DNA of 62,123 nucleotides, the filler included, from Choristocarpus tenellus KU-1152 (taxonomy: Eukaryota; Protista; Phaeophyceae), in NCBI GenBank assembly GCA_964200185.2. It is 9 parts of 9 records of this genome, joined end to end, with 100 filler letters (N's around TTAATTAATTAA, not from the genome) between each part and the next. Parts side by side here need not be neighbours in the genome. Positions count along the whole stretch, not along the records: positions 18,730 to 32,476 come from CAXNAD020001382.1; positions 32,577 to 37,908 come from CAXNAD020011122.1; 7 more parts are not named here. The stretch is one strand, 5' to 3'. The position numbers were made by a program, and so were the translations under genes. The notes below the pieces were generated by a model. That model worked only from the letters and a program-made list of their open reading frames with translations, ran no database searches and was not told the origin of the DNA. Shown here piece after piece: positions 25,101 through 38,008 of the stretch. Position 1 is the stretch's first letter, and every line of letters begins with the position of its first letter.

Positions 25101-28100
25101 AGGGATCCCATATGAGGAGTATGTGTCACTCTTAGATGATATCCACGAGCATGTGGGGCGCATGACCAGACAGAGGTGAGATGGAGAGAGAGTTATGGCT
25201 AGGACCATAGTTTGGGGCATGATGGATTTGGGGTAAGTGTCGGTTTTAGGTCTGGATGAAGGTCTTTGTATGTTGTTTTTTTGTCCTTCATAGACTCATG
25301 GTGACCGAGAAAAGGGATAGTAGCAGTCAAGTATGGTACCTGTTACATAGTGAGGGTGGCTAATGTTCTGTGCTGCAGGGGCAGCAGCAGCATGAGAGTC
25401 AAGAGTATATAAAACATACGCCCTTGTCGAGAGGGTAGCTGAGTTGTTATAGCCTCTTTGCTGGTTCTCCATCATCCAGTGTTGTTCTACCCTTCTTTCT
25501 ACAGTCCTTTAATCTTCTAACATTCTTAATATTTTTCCACATATAATTTCTTACACACACACACACACTCACAGCTTTTAGATCTCTTGCAGGCATTCTG
25601 CATACATGGCCCCGTTATCTTATACAACATAGTACAGCATTGAGGCTCAAAGTATCTGGGGGGGTTGGTGGCTGTCCATGTGAGACCCATTTGTCCATGT
25701 TGCGGTTTTTTGGTGATTTGGTTGCATGCGTTGGATGGATAATATAAGTTCGCTTCTCCTGGTCAGGACTAAAACGGACACCCCGGTGTAGATCCCCCCC
25801 CCTCCCCAGATACTTTGAGCCTTGGCCACCCTTCTGTATTTGGCTCCCACTCCCACTTCTGTCCTACGATTGCCGAATTCTTGCCTTGAAACCCTTACCC
25901 CTCAGAAAACCGTTTTCTCACGGCCATTTTGTCATTCCTGCCCTCCACCTTTTCCTCAGTCGAGACGTGTTGATGGAGATGCGCCGAAGAAGGAGAGAGG
26001 AGGGTATTGTAGGACTAAAGGAGAGGCTGAGTCGCCTCGAGAATAAAAGGTCAAGCCATTCCTTGCCTTGATAGAGATGGTCAATTGAAGGGGGATGAGA
26101 GGCAGCTATGTATTGTGACCAGTTATTTGTGTTAGAGGGGTACTTTGTTTTAGAACAGTAGATCCGAACACACCTGAAAAGGGTTCAACAAATTTATCAG
26201 ACACGATGTACATGTACAAAAACTCTGGAGCGAAAATATGTAGACATAATCACACATACAGATGGGAACCATTTTTCCCTCAACTATCAAAATGACAAGG
26301 AATCGATCGACATGGTCCTGCTGAAGTGTTTCTCACGTTCTCCTTTTTCTATTTGTTATTCGAAGGATTGTATAAAAGCTGCAGAGATCTTCCCTCGTTT
26401 TTTTGTTTTTCACATGCGATTGCAATGTTCCTGTAGTTTGATGTGTACTCTTATTCAGTACTTTCCTTGTGTCCGAGGACAAGGTATGATGTTCTTGAAC
26501 ATATGCTGCAGCTCTGTTCATGACATAAAAACTTCATATCTTGTCTGCATTGGCTACACAATGCCATCACAGGTTGCTCCTGTGTGAGAAATACTTTTGA
26601 TTCATAACTCCAATCCACTTGATTAGCTATGAGCTTATTCCATGAGGTAATTACATATTAACATATTTTGACCTCCCTCTTCCAAACCATGGACTGTGTC
26701 ATAATATCACCTATGTCTCAATCTTGATTTCTGAAGGTTTACCATCCAGTACAATCTGGAAAAGCTCCAGCGTAAGCGCAAGTCCAAGACAAAGCGCATA
26801 GGGTATCTCTGGCAACTATGCACAGAGGGGTGGTCTGAGGTGGAACCAGCGTTGGGCATGGACACAATTGAGGTAAGATTCAAGCCCATTGACCTTGATC
26901 AACCAGATTCTATTAATGGTCTTGTTCCTTGGTTTGATTCTATTTTCTAACTTCCATCCTGATCCTTGCTCCCAGTTCTGTTGACATGAACCATGAGAAG
27001 ATTTGTTCAATATCCGAGCCTCAGCTTGAACTCAGCCCACCTTGCTCCTGTTGGAAGCATAGTGTTGTCTATGTAATTAGTGAGTACGCAATTCTTACAG
27101 TTATGTCTACATATTGAGGGAATATCAACCATGTGCTTCGCATGTTTATATCTTCCTTTCATCTTGTGGTTCATGTTATCCAGATTGAACAATCCCAGTT
27201 TCCTTGGTCATATTACCATTGTTGTTGAAGACAGAAGGGGGAAGATAACACCTCCAGAATCATGGGGATCCATAGCACATTACTACGCGCCCTGACAACC
27301 ATCACTCCCTCTGTTTTGCCTTATCCATATTTCCCTAGTTATCGGCCAGGTGAGTGTTTAATGTTCCACTACAGTGTATGTGGTACCTCATACCTTTCTC
27401 ATCCATCCTTGGTACCATCCTTTTGCACAAAAATAGAATACATAAGCATTTAAACACCATTCTTCACCGTTGTTCTATTGGAGAAAATACTACAACGTAC
27501 ACTCTGTGCACTTGGAAGAAGATTATTAACCCAAAAGATAGTCACACCTTTAATGTGCTATACCTACTGGATACTGATTTTGGAAGGCGGTTCGCTGCGG
27601 ACATTGTGATTATACCATGTTTCCACTATCTACCATACAGGAATTGCCTGAATCAATGACGACCCTCACGTTGTCAGAACTCAGAACACTAAATCAAACA
27701 TACAGGTTAGGACAAACAAGTGTCAAATATTTTGCAGATGAACAGTCAATTCTGGTCTCCAACTGGAAAAAAAGGTTCCGCTGGCATTGGTCCTGCCCTT
27801 TGTCCTGGACAGAAATCTTGATATAGCTTTGCCACTCCTCATACATGCCTTGAAATGTTCTTCAGTCCAATCCTAGAACTCAAGTTCTCCACGCTACCTC
27901 TGACAAGAGTCTGAGCCTGTGCCAGGACCCTGATCCCACCGGAAAACTGAAAGCTGATATTGACAATGCCATCAACAATGTATCGCCTGTCTTAACCCAT
28001 CATTTTTAGTCCAGCCTCTAGTCTAAATATATTTTTGTCCAACTCTCGCCTCAGTCGTATCTATTATCTTCAAGGCCTCAACACTGTACTACACAAAGTT

Positions 28101-31100
28101 GCACTGATTACTGCTAACACGCAGTGATATTGTTCACATTCCTGGTAGCATCAGTGGCAAAGTTAATTATGCATCACAGTTAACCTCCTCTATTCACAAC
28201 GAATGATGCCTCAAGGCCTGAAGGGATATGTCTCACATTGCAATCATTCACAGTTTGTAGACTTTTGCTTTGTCCAGCTGCACTCTGATCTCCCAACCCA
28301 CCTCAGCATCGATTCACTCGCTAACCTAGGCCCCTGCTTCCCATCAACATCTCTTTTACTAATGCAGTTGCTTCTTTCTTTTCCCACTTTCCCTTCTATA
28401 ACCAGCCTTGTCCCTCACACCCACCCTGGGCTTGCTTTTTTTCAGGGCATCGATATTTTGGTACATAGAGAGCAGATGTATGTATCTCACATACTTGCGA
28501 GGATCGAAGAACTCTCTACGCAAGCCACAGAGGTCTGGGATTGAACCTGGCAGGATGGGAGGTTGGGGGTCAGGGGAGGGAGGAGTTGAGAGCGGGACAC
28601 ACTCGTGAACTGTAGACTGATCTACCTTGGGGTTGACTGTAGAGACAAGTGCAAATAAATAGGGTGTGGGTGTGACTACTTTAAGAGGGAGGGCTTGTAT
28701 TGGCTATAGTATGGTTGTGATATAAGAGAAGTACATTTGTGTACTTTAGGTTTACATATCCCTATTATCCTCTCTTTCCTCTAATATATGCTCCGAAGTA
28801 TTACCCATGAGTGAAAACCTGACCTTATCCAAAATGTAGTGACTATTTACCTATACCTAGACATCGCATACATGGGACAATAAACTACGACCAAGTCACA
28901 GAGTGCCCTGTGGAAGATTTGATGTGACCATGACATGGACTTTAAATCTACTTGTTTTTGTAGCGCAACAAGCTAGTGTGTGTGCGCGCATACTAGTAGA
29001 TCATTGAAGCACCTTTTGTATTTGCTAACATGTGACTCGTTCTGGTGTGAATGTAGTGTGCCATTGATGAATGTTGTATTGGTTCACATCAGTATAATTT
29101 TTTCCTTGTATCAAAGTCAGAGATGGGAAATTTCCGCATCATACATATATATATATATAATAATACATACAAGGGCCTGTCTTAGAACATCGGACCATTT
29201 TAGATTTGGTTCAAAATTCACAGTCCAAAATAGACCAAAATGGTCTGTCGTTTGATGAAGGGCTTTTAGGATCGTAGGAAGGTGTGAAGATCTGAGGGGT
29301 TTCATTGTTCTGAAGTAACCCACTATTTGTCACCACTTCACTGGTGTCGTCACAAATCTGCCTGCCTCACATTTTCTTTTTCATGTTCATTTCTTGAAGC
29401 TTTCTAGTAGTGTTGTCATATTATCCTTAATCCCAACCCGACGCCCATCTCTTCCTTCATCCATGTCTTTCCCCTGCCATCTCAGGTGAATGTAGCCATA
29501 CAAGCGGCAAAGGAGGACAAGGCTCGCCGGCTGGCTGATGTAGACCGACGGGAGAGGGAAGCAGCTGAACACCTTTGGTCAGAGAATGACTCCACTACTA
29601 CAGCTGTTAGAGATTTGGCTGATGTGGCCACAGTGGCCATAGCAACAGAGAGTGGGGTTGAGACAACTAGTGCAGCAGTGTCTATGGCGATATCGCCAAC
29701 CGGGAAGGAAGTGAATGCACTACGAAGGTCTCTGAGTGCAGCAGATGGTGTCAAAATCTCTAATGATCAAGTGCTGAACAATGGCAAGGGAAAATGCTCA
29801 AATTTCTGCGAAGGGGGGCGTAAGGGTTGGGTAGAAAAAGGGTCTCTACTACACGATGAAGATCATCTCACCTTCAAGACAACCAGAAGAAATGTAGACC
29901 TTGTTGTCCCTATCAGCCCTACTGCTTCTGTGTCCCAGTCTGTCCTTGCAGCTACCACAAAAGCTTCAGTGACTGTAGCTGCAGCTCATGCTACATCTCC
30001 TGTGGTGGGAGGGCTGTCTTCAGGGAGAGGATCGCAATTTAGGGCAGTGCGTATGCGTCAGAACTGCAAGGATGTAATTTCAGGTGCTGAACTGGAACTC
30101 AGGGAGATGCTCTCGCAGGCGCAACGGCTTGACCAGGCCATCCTTGAGTGGGGAGAAGTTCGAGGTCTCCTACTAGAGTACTTCATGAAGTCTTGTATAG
30201 GAATGCCTTCAAGGAGGGACAGTGACTGGGATGGGCAACCTTTGGGAGGGTGTGTGTGCACGTCACCTCTGCAACCACTTCCTCAAGAAGTAGGAACAAG
30301 AATAGAATCTTGCTGTGGGAGAGTCATCAGAGCTTTAGGTGCAACCTCTGCCAGAATAGAAACTGGCGTCGGAAAGATGAGGAGGAAAGCTGTCTGCACC
30401 CAGGGTAGCAATGAAATGGAAAGGTGTGTATGCTTGATATTTGTCCTTCCTGCAAAGGACAATCAATGGGAAAAAGAGGACAGGTCTGTACCTTGTGGAA
30501 AGAGTTTAACATCTGGAGGGAATAGGGGACAAGGCAGAATGACACAGTCTGAAAGCATGAACACAGGAAGTGTGGGCGATGGGAAGGAGAAGGCAAAGCA
30601 TAGGAGGATGCGAGAGACTCCTCTGTTATCGTCGCTTGGGCGTTCAGTATGTGATGCACTTTGTGCTGGTGGCATCCCAGCAGGTACAAGTCTGAGAATG
30701 GCAGCATGTACCGTGCTTGGGAGTGGAAAGATGTGGGGTCCACGGGGACGTGCCATCAGTCAAGAGGTTTGAATACAAGCGTCCAACAAATGGATGCAGC
30801 CTACCACGTGTCAGGTTTATTTTCAAATTGCGATGATGGGATAGGGATTATCTGTAGGTCTTCACCACCTTGTGTTTGTTTGCAGAGTTCATGTTGTAGA
30901 TGAATATAAACACGATCAGTCGCCAGAAAATTCACAAGTCTCAATTAACCAATTGGCTTACATACTACATAGTACAATTAGCAAGTGAAGAATTCGGGCT
31001 GGTAATATTGTCATGGTACATATGACTATTCAAGAGATTCCATGCACTCTCACGTGTAGGCTTTGTTCACTGGATCAAGTTGTGTCTTCCAGACTCCTTC

Positions 31101-31972
31101 AAACCTTCCCAATTTTTACTATAATATATTATTCATACCCTGAAGAGGGACATTCAAAGATTATTTTTTCTCTTGGGTCAAACTATAATAGAACACCAAT
31201 TTGCCTATCAACATGTCTTGTCATACCATTTTATCCCCCCTGTTCAATACCTTGAAGTCTTATTTCTTACCCTCTGACATATGCAGGCCTTGTAGAGAGG
31301 TAAGACATATTAGGAACAAAGTACAACTTGGGTGCAAATTAGCTTTTGCTACTCCGTTAGTGTCATGGTATTACCTGGATCACTATACTTCTGATTTTGT
31401 TACTCTCTTAGACGGGTGCTATAGAATCTATCAATCAGGAGGGGGATCTACCACTGTGAAGTCTTACAGAACCTGCCTAACCCAGCAACCAGGAGTCTTC
31501 AGGGGAAAATGGTTCAAATACCCAAAATAATCCTGATACATGTAGGCAGGGCAGTCAATGTAATATTCGCTGCTGAAGGATTGAAGCAACCTAGTTTCAT
31601 TACTATGTCGTGTTGTGATTGCACTGGTTTCCGAGCCAACCCTACCCCCGCCCATTGCCCTTGCCAGTCTCTGTTGCAACAGGCTCACACTCTTGAATTT
31701 TTGGTTCGCCTATCCACGAGGGGCTGGGCTGAGTGGGGCAAAGCTGTCTCATCTGCCACCTGTGTGGCAGAGGCTGTAGAGGAAGTCGTCTCTGGGCGTA
31801 CAGCAAGAGCCCTTTGTGCTCTAGAAAACCCTGGTCGACACATCTCCAGCCCTGGGTGCGGGTATTATTCGAAAGAACGCCCTGGGATTCTAGAAGTTTC
31901 TGAGCGGGAGAAGGGCTGGCCTTGTGGGTTGAATAACATTGCTATTGGGGCGCTTCATGCCCACCATCAATG
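19125..31972 (+). CDS. Large multi-exon protein (partial) with a charged, probably coiled-coil middle and a C-terminal degenerate HDAC-like domain; exons ~19125-19190, 20460-~20652, ~21000-21206, 22543-22677, 23713-24223, 24713-25175, 25960-26049, 26737-26872, 28446-28532, 29486-~30766, ~31550-31972
   Basis: GT-AG boundaries give consistent phases from the 21206 donor to the 29486 acceptor (0,0,1,2,2,0,0). The last exon AVEEVVSGRTARALCALENPGRH...GWPCGLNNIAIGALHA resembles HDAC AVxxVxxG...AFAxVRPPGHH...GFCxFNNVAIAA. The first and last junctions are uncertain. Confidence 0.7.
25644..25821. mobile_element. Complete MITE family B (178 bp) in an intron
   Basis: Perfect 18-bp TIRs GGCTCAAAGTATCTGGGG...CCCCAGATACTTTGAGCC. 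The interior is homologous to 55567-56008. No clean TSD. Confidence 0.9.
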
Positions 31973-32062
31973 GTGAGAACTTAATGTATAAATTCATATG
32001 AGAACGATATAGGTATAGGGACAGTGGGGGAAAGAGGTTGGGGAATATGCCACTTCGTAGGG

Positions 32063-32322
32063 GAGTGAAAGTATCTTAGAGGGTATGGATTTTGCCCTGT
32101 TTGTCCATTTGGTGCTTGGCTTCCCACATGTATTTTTTATTACATTTTCCAACTCTGAAATGTTTCGGAGTAGGTGAAATGTATGCATTATGAAAAGGTG
32201 TGTATGGAACAAGGATATTGGCACGCCCTAACAAACACAATAGCCAAAATTACATCAAAATCGCAACATTGGATTTTGGCCCCCTAACAGACGCGGCCCT
32301 AACCTCGAAGATACTTTGACTC
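32063..32322 (+). mobile_element. MITE family A
   Basis: TIRs GAGTGAAAGTATCTTAGAGGGTA...TAACCTCGAAGATACTTTGACTC. The TSD is imperfect (GGG/AGG). Confidence 0.92.
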
Positions 32323-32423
32323 AGGGGAGAGGTGACTGGGAATGCTGTCAACAAAGTCTATTATTTTGGGGAACGTTTAACTCATGGATATGCTAGGAAT
32401 TGTACCAAGAGTTCCCTGCCATA

Positions 32424-32634
32424 GACCGAAAGTATCTGGGGGGGGGGGGGAGGTCTTGCCCAGGGTGTCCTTTTGGNNNNNNNNNNNNNNNNNNNNNNNN
32501 NNNNNNNNNNNNNNNNNNNNTTAATTAATTAANNNNNNNNNNNNNNNNNNNNNNNNNNNNNNNNNNNNNNNNNNNNCCTGACCTCCCCCCCCCCCCCACC
32601 CCCCCCCCCCCCCCCCCCCAAGATACTTTGACCC
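32424..32634. mobile_element. MITE family B ends on each side of a contig linker
   Basis: AAAGTATCTGGG(G)n occurs before the linker and (C)nAAGATACTTTGACCC after it. Confidence 0.7.
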
Positions 32635-33750
32635 CTATCGCACTTTCTCGTCGCCTTTCACCATCTCGACGGATTATGCACTTGTTGCAACAGGATTGTG
32701 GTTGTCATGTGACCCCCATCATTGCATGATGTTGGTCTGTGTCCTGAACGTCCTAAGCACGTACACACGCTCAGAGACTGTGTTCTTGCTGCACCTAGTA
32801 ATTAATGTCATGGGGCAGGGTACAGGTCTATCATTGTCAACAAGGCAAAGCGGTATGTTACTACTGTGAAAGAAACTGGTGATGGTAAACAGTAATTGTT
32901 CATACCAGCAGTGGTATGCGATAAATGTTGGGGGCATGCATACCTTCTATTGTAATCGTGATAAAACCCTAATCCTAAACAAGAAGCCACAACGTTGAGG
33001 TTAAAAGGTTGAGCTCAACAAGGACTCGAAGTCAATAGACACCCAACCAACCCTCTGAATCTTCAGACAAGAGTAGCTCTTTACGATCTCAAGATTCTCA
33101 CCAATCGAGATAAAGATATTCTAGTGAGAGCTACGGATGCAGACCTTGGAGTTGCAGTTATCTATAATTCATGGTATGTTGATGAATGTCTTGATTCTGG
33201 AACTTATGGTCACATTGAAGGACGAGGTCAATGAGGATGTCAAATGCAAAAGTCAAACCATGATCCTTACTTTGTGCCAAGACCTAGATCAAATAAATTT
33301 CACACCGTCGATATCCCTAACCTTAACTCTAATCCTAGTTCAGGACAGGGTTTGGGTTTAAGGAGTCCAGGGGAAAGATCTAGGTTAATTGGGGTAGATA
33401 GGTTAGCCAGTGACAGACAGGTTAAGAACCCTGTTAAGAGAAACGATGTGTCATTTTTCTGAGTAATGCTATCCTGCCCAAGGACACGGATGGTGGAACC
33501 TCTCGAGTGTGTAGAGAGAGGGCTTGACTAAGAAGAGTTTGAGAAGTTACATTAGGATTAGAACCCTAATGCCCGAGTGAAGCTCACAAATACGCTATCA
33601 CTATATAGCTAGGAGAAGACAAAACTCAAGAGTTGAGAAAAGGTGATGCAATTCATTCCCGATCTTCCTGATATCCGTGTCTGTTGGGAATGTCCGATTT
33701 GGCGTCAAAATCGTCAGGCAGGCGTCTTTTTGATTGCATGTCGTGGTGCT

Positions 33751-35307
33751 ATGTCTCGCAGAATGGATGCTTCACCAGACCCAATCTATGCATCCCACGG
33801 AACAAGGTGTTCATCCCCGGCAATATGAATCACCTTATGTATGAAGTTGGTCATAGTTGCGGCCAGGTTGTTATAGGTGGAACCAAGCAGAAGATGATCC
33901 ACTAATTAATGATTGTCCTCATCAAGGTCCTTTTTAACCATCCCAGTCCTTGGTTCACTAGTTGACCTCTGCTCCCACTTCTCCATACTAGGCTCATGCC
34001 CTCAAAACGCCTTTACTGCCCATGCCTCCATGACAGCCCTGGTCATCCCCAACAACAGCTCTATCCAGACCAGACCCACAATCAGCAGGTCTACAACCAG
34101 CAGGCATACAATCAGCAAAACCTTTACCAACAGCCTTTGGGTCCCTACTACAACCAGCCCCCTCATCACCATCCTCATCATCCTCCCCACCATCACCACC
34201 CCCACCATCCTCCCCACCATCCTCACCATCTCCAGCCCTACCATCAACCACCACCTCACTTCCAACCACAAAACCCTTACGGAATGGCACCCCGCAGCTT
34301 TGTAGGATTGACTGAGCCACCGGCTCGTGCTGCTACTGAGGAAGAACCTCAACCGATTGCGGATGATGATGATGATGGTGATGAAGAAGAAGAGGAGGAG
34401 GATGAAGAGGAGGACCCAGACGACGTTGCTCTTGAGGTGCCCAATGCTACTGAAGAGCAGGTGAGACACCTGGAAGGGGTTATGTTTTGGGGGTGAATAT
34501 GCATCGACCTCTCGAGTGTTCAATGATTATGTTTGATGGGAAATGGTAGGAGGTGAGATGAACAAGTTTGGGTCAGCCAGCAATTCAATCTTTTTTAGGT
34601 AAATATGAGAAGTTGTATGTTTAATGTTGCAATCTGTTGTGAAAGGAGGCAATAACCCTAACCCTCAGTTCCTTGTAGAGAGTGACCCATTACATGGCAC
34701 AGAAAATAATGACATCACCATATTGCCGCAAGATGGTACTTCCCTTCCATCTTCCACCCTAACCCTTCTCAACTATAGAGAGAGTACAGGGGGTTCTGGT
34801 TTTAGAACAGCATGAAGCGTTTGTGGTTGTAAACTAGATGTGTGATTATTTTAGGTAATGTCAAAGCAGTTTCAAAAGCAGTGTTTCACCTCCCTCCGGA
34901 AACGAACAGTTCAATTTGTGACTGGTTTGTTCAGGCTAGAAAAGACCAGAGGGTAAGTAAGACCTGTCTATGAAGGAGCCAGTCGCATTTACAGTACTTG
35001 TTGATTTCTATGGTAAGAAATATATATATTTAGTATTCTGTCAATTGTGGAATGATGGAAGTCTCAAGTTGGTTCCATGAGTATTCCTTAAACCTCCCTA
35101 GTGCAGGATCTTGAAGCCTCTTCTCTTGACTACATTGGTAACATCTTTCCAATTATTTTACCGTCATTTTTCACTCAGGCGCAGCAACTTCATCGTTTGA
35201 CAAGGCAGCGCAGGAGATGCATCATGAACGGCAACCCTCACCGTACACAGCAACTCTCCCGTCGCATCCGCAGACTCAAGTACCAGATTGCCACTCAAGA
35301 ACTCTGA
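33751..35307 (+). CDS. Hypothetical low-complexity protein (Gln/Tyr-rich, His/Pro-rich, acidic, basic C-terminus); exons ~33751-33806, 33992-34460, 35179-35307
   Basis: Splice sites are phase-compatible (AG|GT phase 2 with TAG|G; CAG|GTGAG phase 0 with CAG|GCG). Contains YNQQ repeats, HHPPHH repeats, a D/E tract and RLTRQRRR...RRIRRLK. Exon 1 is tentative. Confidence 0.55.
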
Positions 35308-38008
35308 AAGGGGAGAAATAACAAATAAGTTGTGTTGTGACATTTGAATCTTCAACCGCTCCGAACGGACAGACAGGATGGAGTTAGTTGTCTTGTTTGT
35401 TTTTTTTGGAATCGAAATGAGGTGGTTCAGAAACTGGATGACGATTGATTTTCCATAGGCCTGGGGGGGTATTTTTCTTGTGGTGACAAAGCAGCAGCGG
35501 CAGCAGCAATGTTTTGGATATTTGTTCGTTTCTCCATACATCAACTATCTGCTTGAGTGGTGACACGGCCCTTACGTGATTTAGTGAGGAAAGCAGGATG
35601 GGTTGAATTGTGTGTGAAGATGGTTCTTTTTTGTTGACCATTCAAGGTGTTTCTCTTTGCTGGGTGGGGTGGAATGACAGTTCAGTATGCAGGTCAAGAT
35701 AGAAAGATCGACTTGGTATATTAAAAAATGAAGCAATGTTCAAACCGCAAGTCGTACCTGTTGTAAATTAACAGTACCCTGAGTCGTTCAGTAGATGGTT
35801 GGCATCCAACAAACAGTACATGAATTGATTTTTTTTCAGGGCATGGTGCCTGGTTTTTGAATGTGACATTGGTAAAAAGGTTGCTTTGGCATACATTTGT
35901 GTTCCTTGATTTATGTTTGCACTCAAGCAGACGTGGTTTTGACTGTTTTGCAGGTGTTGAGTAATGTGATAAATTCACAAGAACTGTGTGGGCTAATGAA
36001 AACAGTTGCGTGAAGATCGACAGGGAAAATAATTTGACGTTTGCACCGAACACGAATCATTTTCTTTGGTGTTTCTGTGGAGAAATCGGAAGAGTTCCTA
36101 CTGACAAGATCTGATAAATCTCCAAAACCTAAAGTAAAGATCGATATTGGCAACTCTGTTGAGTTGTTCAATTTGTGCCTGATGCGTTTATAGATGAGAA
36201 TCCACCAAAGTTATCGTTGTAGAGTAGAGGACATGCAGGAGGCGGATATTCGTGTTTTCTTCCGACTCACGCAATTCCTTGAGGCTTGCGAAGACAGGCT
36301 GTCGAAGTCCTACAACAATTGTCGTTAGTTACATGAAACAATATTGTGTCAAATCCGAGTACTGTTTTTTCAGTTACGCACTCTTGTATGTCGGTATCGG
36401 AAGAGTGCAACACTGTGGCGAAGTAATATTATCGGATGTTAATGTTGTACTCTGATGGAATGAGACATAGATGATTTCTAAGTAACACATTTGATACAGT
36501 TAGTTCAACACCCTTGCTTTCCCTACATCTCTATTCTAACTTTCGCACGGGTTGTTTGGTCGATGAAATCGAAGTGAAGAGAGGTAACAAAATGGGTTTC
36601 CTCAGCTCAATGAGAACATTGTTACCGTTTGCAATGCGTTTTTAAAAGTGGGTCAACGGTGGAAGGTGGAGGAGAAATTGTAGCCGTGCGTCTTCCAAAC
36701 TCTAACTAACTGATGACCATTCCATATAATCGATAGGTCAACAAGAACTTCAAACTGATTTCGTAAATATTTTATTAGTATGCCCTCTGACATTTTGCGG
36801 ATGTGTCAGGGGGGAAACCAATGAAAACTATACATCTGTCATTAGTAGCCCTAAATATCCTTCCATCGGTTACTGTTTTGCAAAACCACCTTGATACCGA
36901 TCCTTCAACTGCAATGTTCACCCACCCCTTCAGTCGTACTTCGATAACACGTTGGGGCACATTCTCACAAATCGAAGATTAGGAGTTGACTCTTTCGTTT
37001 GTGAATCTGAACCATTTTGTACTCAATTCATATTTCCGAAAGTGACGTGGATCAAATATTCTGACAACAAGATGAAGCATTGACAAAACAACGCACTCTG
37101 ATTTGTACAACTTGTGCTCACAATGACAAATCATTGTGGAGGGATTCAAATCAACGTATTTGTACCAGGTAACCGTTTGTGCGTTTCTTGTAGATAGAAG
37201 AGCGGTTTGTACAAATGTTTGTTGATGTTTCATGGATGAGTGAGTAGTACAACGCATATTATTATGCCCTCTGACGGTTTGCAGATGTTTCAGGGGAAAC
37301 GTCAATCGAATACCAGAAGGACCCCTGTAAAAGTAATTGTCGTAGATGAAAAATATATCTCTCCAAAATCTATTTTCTATTTCACTACCAGCTATACTAC
37401 ACCACTCCCATCAAAGCTCGTAATTACAATGTCATGTGTACACTGCTGCTATGCCTCCAACCAAGCTTAGCCCTACACCACAGGGTGAGGACCGAGGAAA
37501 CATCCCAAGAATCTGACAGGCCCCTCCTTAACCAACTCCCTGGTTTCGCCTGCTTAAAACGCATGACACGTCTTGATAGAGCCAATTGTGAAGTGACAGA
37601 CACTATCTATCACAAACGGGATTCAACTAGTGCAGCAAATATTTGAACATGTTTCTCAAAGAACAGCCGATCACCAAAATGAGGATGGAGCATACTATGG
37701 AGGATGAGTTTGACCGAAAATGGTGCGCAGAAAGTGTCCATATGTTTTTTTTGTAAATGTTGCGGCATTTTTTAAGGGCCCCGCTACGAATGGCATATAT
37801 TTTTGGTCAAAAATATTTCGTTGCTTGTGGAGGGCACCGCTACAATTTGGAAGCGACCTCGACCAAGCCAAAGGTGTAAGGACAGACGGCCCCCCCGGGG
37901 GGGAGCCGNNNNNNNNNNNNNNNNNNNNNNNNNNNNNNNNNNNNNNNNNNNNTTAATTAATTAANNNNNNNNNNNNNNNNNNNNNNNNNNNNNNNNNNNN
38001 NNNNNNNN

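Noticed and set aside
29486-30772. Stand-alone 428-aa gene
   Set aside because: It begins exactly at a CAG acceptor after a pyrimidine tract and is in phase with the upstream exons, so it is an internal exon.
34002-34523. 173-aa hydrophobic minus-strand ORF
   Set aside because: It is the antisense shadow of the CAT/CCT/GAA trinucleotide-rich plus-strand exon.
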